NCBI GenBank assembly: GCA_002269645.1
Contig: NIVC01001228.1
Location: 124,001 to 188,000 of the forward strand
Reading direction: 5' to 3'
Source of the DNA: Macrostomum lignano
Lineage: Eukaryota
Length of the DNA stretch: 64,000 nt
This document shows positions 51,681 to 64,000 of the stretch, piece by piece (position 1 is the stretch's first letter; every line of letters begins with the position of its first letter). The notes under the pieces are model-generated. The model saw only the letters and a program-made list of their open reading frames with translations. It did not search any database and was not told the DNA's origin. Made by a program: the position numbers and the translations under genes.

Positions 51681-54200
51681 CTAGCACAGGTCATTGTCTA
51701 AGTAGTCTTTATAAAGGTTGTAGGTAAAAACTTCATTTGGGCCAGTCTCATCGAAGGTGACCTCAAAGTTCTATGAGAATACATCATGGCTGGCGCATGG
51801 CAGTTGACACTGAACGTAGCCTTCCTTCTATTGCTCAGAACCATCAGCATAGCCAAATTGCATTTCAATGTGTCAACACTCAAAGACTAATAAGTTCTAA
51901 AGCGATGGTGCCTGTCTGGGTTGGGCCTTGGGCTTGGTATCAAACTCCTGCTCGGACTTGGAAGTCAAGTTATGAGGGCGCTTGGTACTTGCATGGATAC
52001 CCGCATGCACGCCCATGCCTAAGCCCATGTCCTCGCCTAGTAGTTCCCTGTTCTTCTCCATGTCTGCCTTTGCTAGTGCCCTGAGCCTGAGCTCTATTGC
52101 CTGCGCTGCCTTGGCCACAACCATGCCTTATCCCATGCTTATGCAATCTGGCAGCTATAGATAAGGCTGTTTGTGCAGGCTCCAGCTTCTTTGCAATGGC
52201 TACCTTAACACGGTCAGCATGCTCGTTGGCAGATTGTACCGACACAGCCTACGAGTCATCCTCCTTGGCTATGGCAGTTTTTCCCCCTGCAGATAGGCCA
52301 GGAATTCTTGCAGGTTGTCAGTGAGGAGTTGCACTGACCTTTTCGTGCCAGAATCTATAAGGTTAAGGCAGCCTGCCATGTCATTGGGGATTGTTGGCTC
52401 TGTTTAAGAAGGGTGTTAGTAGGGAATGCATATTCAGTGATGACAATTAATCCTAAAAGTGGGATATGCATGAGCACAGGCAGTAATGAATATTGTATAT
52501 ATTACCTATTGCCTTGTGTAGTTGCAGTTGGGAGAGCACAGCTGGCTCATGCAGCCGCTCAGACAGGGCCAAAAGCCTGTTCTGCATCTCAGCAACTGTG
52601 AGCCATAGGCCACCGTAGTCCTGCACCACATTGATCAGGTCGCGGAGCAAACTCTCCCTGGCAATCTTTCTGAACTGATTCTGAGCAATTCAAGCCTGCT
52701 GCTATGCAGCTCAAACAGCCCTGGGATCCACCTTGGCCTGCATCTCCACCTTCTTTGTGATATGATGTGCTCACAATAGCATTGGGTCCTGCTCTTCCAG
52801 TGACTTCTGGCAAAGCCACTTGCTTGTTCCATTCTGGTTAAAAAGCATGAACGTCTCGTGAGCTAGGGGCCACATGTTGGGCTTCAACCTTACAGTACTG
52901 TCCAGTACTGCAAAAGATACCTCATATGCCACATTGTCCTTGGGAGCAGCAGCAGCCAAATGGGAATTGTTGTCTGGCAGATTGTGCAGCGCACCACCTG
53001 GCAGGTGATCACCCTGTGTCTTCTCTTTTCTACCTGCAGAACACTCTAATGGTTGCCCCATTTGCTTGTAGCATCAGTCATCAGTGTCAAAGGTTGTTTG
53101 TCTCTGATGCAAGCAGGATGCTCTCCATGGCCTTCGCCTTGGCAAGGCTGCTGCCAACACCGTATGTGACCAAGCTGATAAGCAAGGGCAGCTTGTCGCT
53201 GATCTGCAACTCTACAGAGCTGCTCGGCGACAGTGACAATAGTGTCGCGGATGGCTCAAACAGGGATGTGGCACTTTAGCACCAGATTTGTGCAGGTGGC
53301 AAGGACATGGTTGGTATACTGCTTTCTACCAGCAGCTCTTAGCTCCTGCGTCTGCAGTACATGCATCTGGCCAGCTTGGAATATGACCTGGAGCTTTTGG
53401 ATCTGTTTGGTGTTTAGAGTACTGTATGTTTGAAGAACAATCCTTCCCAATCTCGGTCATTCCCAATCTGACACCCAACCCTTGCACCATATCCAATGCA
53501 CCATAGTGACAAGTCAACAACAATCTTACTCATGCAACTTATGCAACTTTTCAAAGTAGCCAGCATTTCGTGCATCTCGTGCAGCTCGGCATGCACCAAG
53601 GCATTTCTACGCTCAGCAGCAGCTTCCACTCGAGCAGCCTGGTGACGTTTCTTGGCTAGCTTGGCCTCACTCATCTCTACCAGTTGCCGGCTTTTGCTGC
53701 TCAATTGCTGTCAAACTACATGCAGCCAATCTTTCAGATGCCGGACATACTGCAACCACACTTTTCGCTGTGGACACTTGGCCAGCTTATTGTGCAGCTT
53801 TTGTATAGTCACCTCTGACCATTCCAGCTAGGCCAAAAGATAGCATACAGCTTCTCAAAGGCCTGTATTGGTGCCCCACTCCTCTTCAGGGGACCAAGCA
53901 GCAGCAGTAGCAGAAGAAGTTTGGGTTGGCATGCTAGGAGCCGGCTGTGGCACATTTGCAGCTGGGACTAGTACCACTGCAGGAAAGGCGAACACTTTGT
54001 CCATATAGATGGCCCAGGCACTCTGCTTGCTAGCAGCTTTCTTGCACACCTTCAAACTTTCCAGATCCAATGCCTTTGCTTTCACTTTTGTTGCACATCT
54101 GCTTCAGTGTCAGCAGGCAGACAAAGACTGTCAGCCTAGGCTTTCTGCACCTCGGAGCTGGGTAACTTAGCCTTGATAGATGCCTCCAGGGTGGCAAGCA
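51681..54200 (-). pseudogene. Decayed, internally deleted DDE-type transposase-like gene with spindlin/Tudor-like C-terminus
   Basis: Broken minus-strand frames: LMTDATSKWGNH (~53050-53085), LPGG...PKDNVAYEVSFAVLDSTVRLKPN...FMLFNQNGTSKWL (~52810-53000), YGGLWLTVAEM (~52590-52620), and NFEVTFDETGPNEVFTYNLYKDYLDNDL* (51681-51770). Many stops and frameshifts. No TIRs identified. Confidence 0.5.
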
Positions 54201-57200
54201 TCAGACTGTTGCTACATGTAACTGGCTCAGTCATTGCACTGCAAAGTGGTTATAGTGAAAAATTCAATGAATCAATCAAATGATGCAGGTAAACTATAAA
54301 TGTAGAGTCCATTACTGAATTGGGGCCTGGCCTTTAAAAACATGAAAATCCATGATTTAGTAGCATACTACTTAGTAAAGCATGAATCCCTCCTTGTCAG
54401 CTATAATAGTGCTATAGACATTTTTGGACAAGTATTTTGTGATAAATAAATAGACTCCTACTCTAAACTTCCAGTGTTTGTATAACAACTACTAGTTATA
54501 TTGACTCAAACAGTTACAAAAATAATTAAGACAACAATACATAAGAATTAAAAAATCCACATGCAGTCCAGAAATGTGCATACACAGCTGTATACTTGCA
54601 ATCTTAAAGTGGGGATCAAGGACCACTATAACTTAGTTGAATCAGGAGATAACACTCAAAATTTTTGTACATTTTTGAGGGCTCGCTCGTTTATGTATGT
54701 ACTTGCATTGTTAAAGCTTTAATTCCTGTTAAATCTACATTATTCTAGTGGTCCTAGTACCCAGTGGTACTAACACTGACCATATCACCCTGGCATCCAC
54801 TAGCATCATATATACATCTATATACATGTACACTCATGAATAGATGTAGCAGTTATTCCTCATTTATAGTACATGATTTAGTATATTGTGATATTTGGAG
54901 TACATGATATTTGGAGTATGCTATCTAGAAAGGCAGATCAGTTAATGGGATTTGGAGCTGGCTCTTCATTTTTAAAAAAGGCTGGGCAAGGGTGAGAACC
55001 AGGTTGTTCACCTTGTCTTCGTAGTAACTAGGAATCCCGATGGCTAAAGCTGAGGCTGTTAGGACATCATTAAACAAAGTAGACCAATTTATGTCACCAC
55101 TCATGTTAATTTACCATACTATAAGTCAAATATGCAGGTGAAAAATGTATAATAGTGTCAATGTCGCTACATACATGTATGCCTACACAACATACACTAT
55201 ACCAACCTCAACAGGACCTCAACAGGATACTATATAGTAGGAACAACCCAAACAGACATCTACACTCAATGATAGACACAAACATACAAATTGTGTTTTA
55301 AATATACAAGTAATTACTTAACCCCACTGTGGCATGTGCACTAGTGTAGGAGGGGGTGGGGAAAGAGGCAGAGATGGTGAAGGATTGCAACAATATAGGA
55401 GCAAGGGCAGTCTAAAAAAATATTTGCCCAGTTCATCATCATTATTCTCTTCCTCTTGATCATCTTCTGTTGCATCTTGTTGCTGCATTTGAAGCTCCAA
55501 CACCTGCTGTCTCTGCATGCCCACCTGCTAGTAGCTGTTGCTGTTGCTCCAACAGCTGCTGTTGCTCCCCAGGCAGCCAGTCTAATGCAGCAAGCCTGTC
55601 TTGCTGCTGCTACATGCTGGGGTTGTGTACATTATGTGGCTGCAGTAATTGCTGCTGCTGATGCAGGTTCACTTGCAGCTGCTCAATTACTAGCTACTGT
55701 TGCTCCTTAAACTCTTCCTGCAAGTCCTCCAGATAAGGTATCACAACCTTAGGTGCCTTGTCCTCCATCATGTCCTCCTCTTTTGCTCATTATGTCAATC
55801 CATGGGTACCTATTATAGCTGCAAAAAGCAGCTATGCAGTAGTATTGCTGTCCTAATTACATATCTCCCACCATTTAGGCTATAGCCAACTATTATTTAT
55901 CAACTATTTGCAATCCATCTAAGGAACTTGTCTCACTTCCCTAGTTAAAATGGTGTAGACAAATCAAGCAGCAGAATCAGATGTACACATGCAACAAAGC
56001 CTTCATATGATAAAATGAACAACACAAGAAAAAAGTAAAACCAATCAGGATTAAAAAGCACCTCAAGTGCTGGCAGTTGCCAAACTGGCTAACTGTAGTT
56101 ATAAAACATTTTGAAGCAAATGGCTCATTTCTAAGTTTGCATTTAATTTCTCTTGAAATAAAGTCTTTTACATGCAAAAGCAAACATTGAAGGCATTCAG
56201 AAGCTGGAGTTAAGGTATATGCTATATCTTATACATCACACAAAAATTCAAACATTTTTACACTATTCACTTTTCTACAATATATATATATTCTACAATA
56301 ATAATATATATATTCACCTATAGTGTGTCTACAAGAACATTTTAAAACCCACCAAATGTTAAATCACAATATATCAGACACCTACAATTATTGCTAACAG
56401 AATGACAATTTATTAAGAAGCAAATAGAAGTCACAAAATCTTCTCTGTAACACACTTCCCTGCACTGTATAAACCATATTCCAGTTAATAGACTGTCCAA
56501 TGTCAGCCTTTGACCAATGACAGTTGGTACAAAACCTGTCTCAACATTTAAAGCTGCAAGAGTGAGTAAGGGGGTTTCTTAAACTGTAATAGACATAGCT
56601 TTAGCCTATTTAACTCTAATTGCACTCTAACTAGCCTACTAAGTTAGTATGAGTAGCTTTCTATAAATTAACTTATAGAAAGTTAAGCATCAGCACAATG
56701 ATTCTTGGATGACTTTTTTTGCTAAGTTTGTTTGCTACAACTGCCAAGGTTGTATGCCGAGGTTGTTTGCTACAACTTTTTACTGACTCTTGTCACATTA
56801 TTGTTATAAACAGGTTAAGGTTGATAGGTGCTACATAGATTTTTAGACACCCTTGACATCTAGAGTGGCACTTTGGAAGACCCATTTTCATGAAAATAAT
56901 GGTCAACCATTTGCATAGTACTTACAGTAGGAAGTAAAAATGTTACTAATCAAAGTGATACACTGGAATCATTAGAAACACTTAAGGAACTTAAATCTAA
57001 ATCACATGATAAACTACTAGCAGATGATTGTACTTAAGTCTTTCTGATTCATAAGCTTCCACTTCATCTTACTTTGATTTATTGTTTGAAGTATTAGGTT
57101 TGCTTTCTATGACCAAGGCTCTCAACCCTAGGATAGAATATAAGTTTACTGATGGAACATTTTGATTTTGAATTTTGCTAGGATTTACACATTTATCTTT

Positions 57201-58076
57201 GTCAATGTTGGACTCACTTGTTGAGCAATTGTCTAGAAAATGCTTTGTTGCTAGTCAATTAGATCTTTTTTATAGGTAGGCATAAATAGAAAATAGTATG
57301 TTATTTTCATTTTTAGTATATGGACAAAAGCAAAAAAAGTATTATAGGACTTAAATTACCAGTCAAGAAAAATTATACAGGTTAGAATCATGAAAACAAA
57401 ATTGAATACTTCTAACCTATATTGACTTTTCTTGACTAGAAAATGCCTTGTCTTGACTGGACTAGATTATGCTTACTCAGTGTGAAAGCCTACTTAAATA
57501 AGATTTTGTTTTGGCATGGCACAGTGCCCTCACTTTGTTTGTTACAATTTAAATATATAATACTTAATAATAAAATCAATTGTAAATCTTAGCTTTACCA
57601 ATTTGTCTCTATTTTTTAGTATTAATAATAAAGAATTATTTTAAAATCATTTTAATATAGGTTAGCCTTGTTGAAATATCTTCAGTTTTATGCCTATATT
57701 TACTTTTTTATATATATTGAAAAGGCCTTTGAGTTCTGCTCTAGCTATAAGGCCTAACAATTTTTAGGCCATCAATCATTAATAGATCTCTTTTATTATA
57801 CAAGAATAAAAGTATTTATTTTAACTTTGAAAGTTGAAAATAGTAGATGATTGTCAAGCATAATCATTTTATTTATATTTTTAATTCTTATATAGTTCTA
57901 TCTAATTTAAACAAATTTCAGTAAAAGTCTAGTCATTTTTTAAAACTATAACTTCATAGTCTAAATACAAAATTTACATAATACTATAAAATCAGCCCAA
58001 TAAACTCACAACCTTGGAATGCAGTTTGTGTATATAAAGTTAAAATGACACTGCAATTAACCCCCCTCCCCCCTAG

Positions 58077-58306
58077 ATGACAACTCTTTACCAGCAGCAG
58101 CAGCAGCTGGCCTGCCTGACCTCACGGGTTTTGGCGGTCACCATCAAGCTCATCACAAGTCAAACAATTTACAACTGTGGGGCAATCGAGAATCAATGAA
58201 CTTGAACTCAATGGTGCTCACTAATATTAAACAGTCGCCATATTTTAAATATGAGCTAGCCGAGGTTAAAACTTTTCACGAAGTTGTCGACGCAATTTAC
58301 TTTAAG
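58077..58306 (+). CDS. PRPF38B: PRPF38B (pre-mRNA splicing factor 38B) coding exon 2
   Basis: Acceptor ccctcccccctag|. Encodes KSNNLQLWGNRESMNLNSMVLTNIKQSPYFKYELAEVKTFHEVVDAIYFK (PRP38 domain start). Donor AAG|GTGAGT. Missed by the ORF track. Confidence 0.92.
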
Positions 58307-58614
58307 GTGAGTTCTGACTCATTAAGTGACTCTTTTGACCTGCAAAATGTTATGCAATCTTGAATATATTACGAAGTTTTCACTGCATCAGACAAAGCAG
58401 ATATCTGAGACTGTCTTGCCAGTCCTGGTCACTGGTCGTGAGCTGTTTGGTATTGGATAAATCATCATTGATCTAATCGAGGGTGAGATTTTGCAGGTTT
58501 TGAAATTTAATTGTATAAGTACAAAACTGTCCAGGCTAATGAAATATGCGATGGACAGTTGAATTATCAAATAATATTGCCACATTTCAGAACACTTGTG
58601 AGTACTAAATTTCA

Positions 58615-59790
58615 GCCTACCATTCAATCTCACAGCCTACCATTCAATCTCAGCCTACCATTCGATCTCCCAGCCTACCATTCAATCTCATTGCCTACCA
58701 TTCAATCTCATTGCCTACCATTCAATCTCATTGCCTACCATTCAATCTCATTGCCTACCATTCCATCTCACAGCCTACCATTCGATCTCCCAGCCTACCA
58801 TTCAATCTCACAGCCTACCATTCAATCTCCCAGCCTACCATTCAATCTCATTGCCTACCATTCAATCTCATTGCCTACCATTCAATCTCATTGCCTACCA
58901 TTCAATCTCATTGCGTACCATTCAATCTCATTGCCTACCATTCAATCTCACAGCCTACCATTCAATCTCACAGCCTACCCTTCAATCTCACAGCCTACCA
59001 TTCGATCTCCCAGCCTACCATTCAATCTCACAGCCTACCATTCAATCTCCCAGCCTACCATTCAATCTCATTGCCTACCATTCAATCTCATTGCCTACCA
59101 TTCAATCTCATTGCCTACCATTCAATCTCATTGCGTACCATTCAATCTCATTGCCTACCATTCAATCTCACAGCCTACCATTCAATCTCACAGCCTACCC
59201 TTCAATCTCACAGCCTACCATTCAATCTCACAGCCTACCATTCAATCTCACAGCCTACCATTCAATCTCACAGCCTACCATTCAATCTCCCAGCCTACCA
59301 TTTAATCTCACAGCCTACCATTCAATCTCACAGCCTACCATTCAATCTCACAGCCTACCATTCAATCTCATTGCCTACCATTCAATCTCACAGCCTACCA
59401 TTCAATCTCCCAGCCTACCATTCAATCTCCCAGCCTACCATTCAATCTCACAGCCTACCATTCAATCTCACAGCCTACCATTCAATCTCACAGCCTACCA
59501 TTCAATCTCACAGCCTACCATTCCATCTCACAGCCTACCATTCAATCTCCCAGCCTACCATTCAATCTCATTGCCTACCATTCAATCTCATTGCCTACCA
59601 TTCAATCTCATTGCGTACCATTTAATCTCATTGCCTACCATTCAATCTCACAGCCTACCATTCAATCTCACAGCCTACCCTTCAATCACAGCCTACCATT
59701 CAATCTCACAGCCTACCATTCAATCTCCCAGCCTACCATTCAATCTCCCAGCCTACCATTCAATCTCACAGCCTACCATTCAATCCCACA
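58615..59790. repeat. 20-bp minisatellite (ATTCAATCTCACAGCCTACC) in PRPF38B intron 2
   Basis: Visible. Explains ORFs at 58511-59815. Confidence 0.97.
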
Positions 59791-59928
59791 CCTAACTATT
59801 CTACATCTCATTTAGAACGTCTCCATTCCAATTTAACAGGTGCCGATCGGTTTTTATTGTTTTTCAATAAGCCGTCACGTAAGCAACTACAAGATTTCGC
59901 CTCCAACCCCCATATCCGGCTTTCCCAG

Positions 59929-60219
59929 GTGTCCCACCTGGAGCCCTGGGAGCGCGGTACTCGCCGAACCACCGGCCTAAGCGGCTCCAGCGGCGGCGGC
60001 CTCCAAGTTCGAGGCGTCGGTGCCGGCGGCGTGGTGAGCACCGCCTACTGCCTGCTGTACAAGCTGTTCACCCTGCGGCTGAATAGAAAGCAGCTGCAGA
60101 CTCTGCTGGACCATCCGGACTCGCCTTTCATTCGCGCTCTGGGATTCATGTACATCCGCTACTGCTTGGATCCCAAAGAGCTCTGGGAGTGGTACGAGCC
60201 CTATTTTGACGACGCTGAG
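59929..60219 (+). CDS. PRPF38B: PRPF38B coding exon 3
   Basis: VSHLEPWERGTR...VRGVGAGGVVSTAYCLLYKLFTL...DSPFIRALGFMYIRY. Acceptor tttcccag| and donor GAG|GTGAGT. Confidence 0.95.
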
Positions 60220-60354
60220 GTGAGTGTTGGTGAGTTGACTGGCACCGGTTTGCTGTTTTTACTTATTCCTTTTGTGTAATGCATAACGGTGCGTGTTTTT
60301 ATATGCTGTTTTATCCTTTCGACTCATCTGAGCAGACAGACGCATACTTACTTG

Positions 60355-60497
60355 TCTGTGTGTGTGTGTGTCTGTCTGTCTGTCTGTCTGTCTGCCTGTC
60401 TGTCTGTCTGTCTGTGTCTATCTATCTATCCATCTATCTATCTATCCATCTATCTATCTATCTATCTACCTATCTATCTATCTATCTATCTATCTAC

Positions 60498-60549
<52 letters not shown>

Positions 60550-60607
60550 TTATCTATCTACCTATCTATCTATCTACCTATCTATCTATCTATCTATCTA
60601 TCTATCC

Positions 60608-60645
<38 letters not shown>

Positions 60646-60655
60646 ATCTCTCTGC
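60355..60655. repeat. Compound (TG)n(TCTG)n(TCTA)n microsatellite in PRPF38B intron 3
   Basis: Visible, running up to the acceptor at 60665. Confidence 0.96.
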
Positions 60656-60665
60656 CTATCCACAG

Positions 60666-60889
60666 GAGCTGGACGTGAAGGCGGGGGGCGGCTGCCTCAT
60701 CACCATCGGTGAGATGCTGCGCCAGTTCCTCACCCAGCTAGACTGGTATTCCACTCTGTTCCCGCGCATCCCGGTGCCAATCGAGAAAGACATCCGGGCT
60801 AAACTGCAGGACAGAGCCGCGCAGCTGCAGAGACAGCGCGGCAGGGAGGCGGACGGCCCCGCACGAGCGGCTGTCAAAATGAGCGACAG
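60666..60889 (+). CDS. PRPF38B: PRPF38B coding exon 4
   Basis: ELDVKAGGGCLITIGEMLRQFLTQLDWYSTLFPRIPVPIEK. Acceptor tatccacag| and donor ACAG|GTTCGC (phase 2, weaker). Confidence 0.88.
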
Positions 60890-61009
60890 GTTCGCGAGAA
60901 TCGGATTGCCTGCTGGTTCTGTGCAGCTAATTTTTATAGGCCGAGGTGTACGAAAGAAGGGATTTAGGTTAAGGTAGCGAAGAAATCCGTGATTAAGGTA
61001 GCGATGAAA

Positions 61010-62660
61010 GGAGAGAGATGCAGGTAGAGAATGAAGAGAGATGCAGGTAGAGAATGAAGAGAGAGAGATGCAGGTAGAGAATGAAGAGAGAGATGCAGGT
61101 AGAGAATGAAGAGAGAGATGCAGGTAGAGAATGAAGAGAGATGCAGGTAGAGAATGAAGAGAGAGAGAGATGCAGGTAGAGAATGAAGAGAGATGCAGGT
61201 AGAGAATGAAAAGAGAGAGATGCAGGTAGAGAATGAAGAGAGATGCAGGTAGAGAATGAAGAGAGATGCAGGTAGAGAATGAAGAGAGATGCAGGTAGAG
61301 AATGAAGAGAGATGCAGGTAGAGAATGAAGAGAGATGCAGGTAGAGAATGAAGAGAGATGCAGGTAGAGAATGAAGAGAGATGCAGGTAGAGAATGAAGA
61401 GAGATGCAGGTAGAGAATGAAGAGAGATGCAGGTAGAGAATGAAAAGAGAGAGATGCAAATGGAGAATGAAAATAGAGAGATGCAGGTAGAGAATGAAGA
61501 GAGATGCAGGTAGAGAATGAAGAGAGATGCAGGTAGAGAATGAAAAGAGAGAGATGCAGATGGAGAATGAAAATAGAGAGATGCAGGTAGAGAATGAAGA
61601 GAGATGCAGGTAGAGAATGAAGAGAGATGCAGGTAGAGAATGAAGAGAGATGCAGGTAGAGAATGAAGAGAGATGCAGGTAGAGAATGAAGAGAGATGCA
61701 GGTAGAGAATGAAGAGAGATGCAGGTAGAGAATGAAGAGAGATGCAGGTAGAGAATGAAAAGAGAGAGATGCAAATGGAGAATGAAAATAGAGAGATGCA
61801 GGTAGAGAATGAAGAGAGATGCAGGTAGAGAATGAAGAGAGATGCAGGTAGAGAATGAAAAGAGAGAGATGCAGATGGAGAATGAAAATAGAGAGATGCA
61901 GGTAGAGAATGAAGAGAGATGCAGGTAGAGAATGAAGAGAGATGCAGGTAGAGAATGAAGAGAGATGCAGGTAGAGAATGAAAAGAGAGAGAGATGCAGG
62001 TAGAGAATGAAGAGAGAGATGCAGGTAGAGAATGAAGAGAGATGCAGGTAGAGAATGAAGAGAGATGCAGGTAGAGAATGAAGAGAGAGAGATGCAGGTA
62101 GAGAATGAAGAGAGAGATGCAGGTAGAGAATGAAGAGAGATGCAGGTAGAGAATGAAGAGAGATGCAGGTAGAGAATGAAGAGAGATGCAGGTAGAGAAT
62201 GAAAAGAGAGAGAGATGCAGGTAGAGAATGAAGAGAGAGATGCAGGTAGAGAATGAAGAGAGATGCAGGTAGAGAATGAAGAGAGATGCAGGTAGAGAAT
62301 GAAGAGAGATGCAGGTAGAGAATGAAAAGAGAGAGAGATGCAGGTAGAGAATGAAGAGAGAGATGCAGGTAGAGAATGAAGAGAGATGCAGGTAGAGAAT
62401 GAAGAGAGATGCAGGTAGAGAATGAAGAGAGAGAGATGCAGATGGAGAATGAAAATAGAGAGATGCAGGTAGAGAATGAAGAGAGAGATGCAGGTAGAGA
62501 ATGAAGAGAGAGATGCAGGTAGAGAATGAAGAGAGATGCAGGTAGAGAATGAAGAGAGATGCAGGTAGAGAATGAAGAGAGAGAGATGCAGATGGAGAAT
62601 GAAAATAGAGAGATGCAGGTAGAGAATGAAGAGAGAGATGCAGGTAGAGAGTGAAGAGAG
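61010..62660. repeat. 23-bp minisatellite (GAGAGATGCAGGTAGAGAATGAA) in PRPF38B intron 4
   Basis: About 70 copies. Explains ORFs 60656..61774 and 60964..62688. Confidence 0.97.
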
Positions 62661-62713
62661 ATGTTAGGAGAGAATACTGGTCAATCAATCCCTGTTTATC
62701 ACCAATATTGCAG

Positions 62714-63062
62714 ATCGAGATCCAGATCCCGTCTTAGATCGCATTCCCGGGATCGGGACCGCGAGCAGCGTCACAGCAAGTCGTGCGATTCTCGAGACCG
62801 TGACCGGGCACGTGATCGAGACCGTGTTCGGGACCGTGACCATGATCGGGACCGTGTCCGTGATCGGGACCGAGACCGTGATCGTGGCCGTGACCATGAT
62901 CGGGACCGTGATCGGGACCGTGATCGGGACCGTGACCGTGATCGGGACCGGGACAGAGACCGGGATCGCGACCGGGATAGAGAGGACAGGCATCGAAAGC
63001 ACAGCAGCAACAAAGAGCATCATCGGCATCGAGACAAAGACCGTGACAGGCGGGATAGATGA
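62714..63062 (+). CDS. PRPF38B: PRPF38B last coding exon (RS/RD-rich tail)
   Basis: Acceptor atattgcag|A (phase 2). SRSRSR...(RD)n...* matches ORF 62661..63062. AATAAA at 63381-63386. Confidence 0.88.
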
Positions 63063-63609
63063 TTTACAATGGCACAACTTTAAGCATTTTTTCGTGCCCG
63101 TTGTAATATTCTGGCTGTCCTTAGTAAAATGATACATCAATAACAAATTATCGTTCAGTGCAGTTTTGGCAGCTCTCAGTGTGCTTAAAATATAATTGTT
63201 GTGAGGCTCTGTATGCGTCTTACTGTCTGATATTCCAGTAATAAGCAGTAATAATTTATATGTAATTCTGCTACTTTATAGTTTCTCTATCGCATACAGT
63301 TCATAACTATATTTAGTAACTAATCAATACCTTACATGCATCGTTATTTGTACGTTTAACAAGTCAGCTTTGTGGTGTCAAATAAATATATGCTTGTACT
63401 TTTAATAATGTTCTTATAGTACATGTTATATATTTACTAATTGAGATTTCCGTCACGGTAATTTTGTAGACTTTGTGAATTTTTACCCTTCTTGACTCTG
63501 CTATCCATCTCTTTTCTAGTTTGTCATGTCTGCTTCTGAGACTTATCTACTGCAATCGCTATCTATCTACTCCCTAGCTCGTACTCTACCATTATCTGCT
63601 ACTTGCCCT

Positions 63610-63970
63610 CCACTCTACCAGCTCCGCTACCTACTCTCTACTCTACCAGATCCGCTACCTACTCTCTACTCTACCAGATCCGCTACCTACTCTCTACTCT
63701 ACCAGATCCGCTACCTACTCTCTACTCTACCAGATCCGCTACCTACTCTCTACTCTACCAGATCCGCTACCTACTCTCTACTCTACCAGATCCGCTACCT
63801 ACTCTCTACTCTACCAGATCCGCTACCTACTCTCTACTCTACCAGATCCGCTACCTACTCTCTACTCTACCAGATCCGCTACCTACTCTCTACTCTACCA
63901 GATCCGCTACCTACTCTCTACTCTACCAGATCCGCTACCTACTCTCTACTCTACCAGATCCGCTACCTTC
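63610..63970. repeat. 28-bp minisatellite (CTCTACTCTACCAGATCCGCTACCTACT)
   Basis: Homogeneous period-28 array. Confidence 0.95.
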
Positions 63971-64000
63971 TTCTCTACTCTACCACATCTGCTACCCATT

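Noticed and set aside
55318-55760. Gln/Ala/acidic low-complexity minus-strand frames
   Set aside because: Short, interrupted and antisense within PRPF38B intron 1. Probably decayed TE or simple sequence.

Overview
Eukaryotic, intron-rich animal DNA. It resembles a free-living flatworm such as Macrostomum because almost every intron is filled by its own mini- or microsatellite; this is an inference and the species is not proven. Three spliced protein-coding genes can be rebuilt with consistent GT-AG phases. (1) A 7-EC protocadherin on the minus strand, join 16440-14893, 14363-13357, 13035-12602, 6484-6255, 2873-2777, 2142-1883 (~1191 aa). (2) SET/TAF-I on the minus strand, join 45792-45726, 40274-39970, 39190-38872, 37647-37559 (259 aa). 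(3) PRPF38B on the plus strand, join 46383-46416, 58077-58306, 59929-60219, 60666-60889, 62714-63062 (375 aa). SET and PRPF38B are head-to-head. The main hidden feature is at 30.8-36.0 kb: six paralogous double-guide box C/D snoRNAs, one per intron of a non-coding minus-strand host that begins just behind SET. Both guides match 28S rRNA sites 22 nt apart. DNA transposons include a P element with an 8-bp TSD and a THAP remnant, a MULE with a 9-bp TSD carrying a nested hAT MITE, a large foldback element, a Merlin remnant, and a decayed DDE-like element with a spindlin-like C-terminus. SET intron 2 holds a tandem array of 35-nt units, each shaped like a complete mini-intron (GTGAGT...TTCAG). Most long ORFs in the supplied track are translations of tandem repeats.
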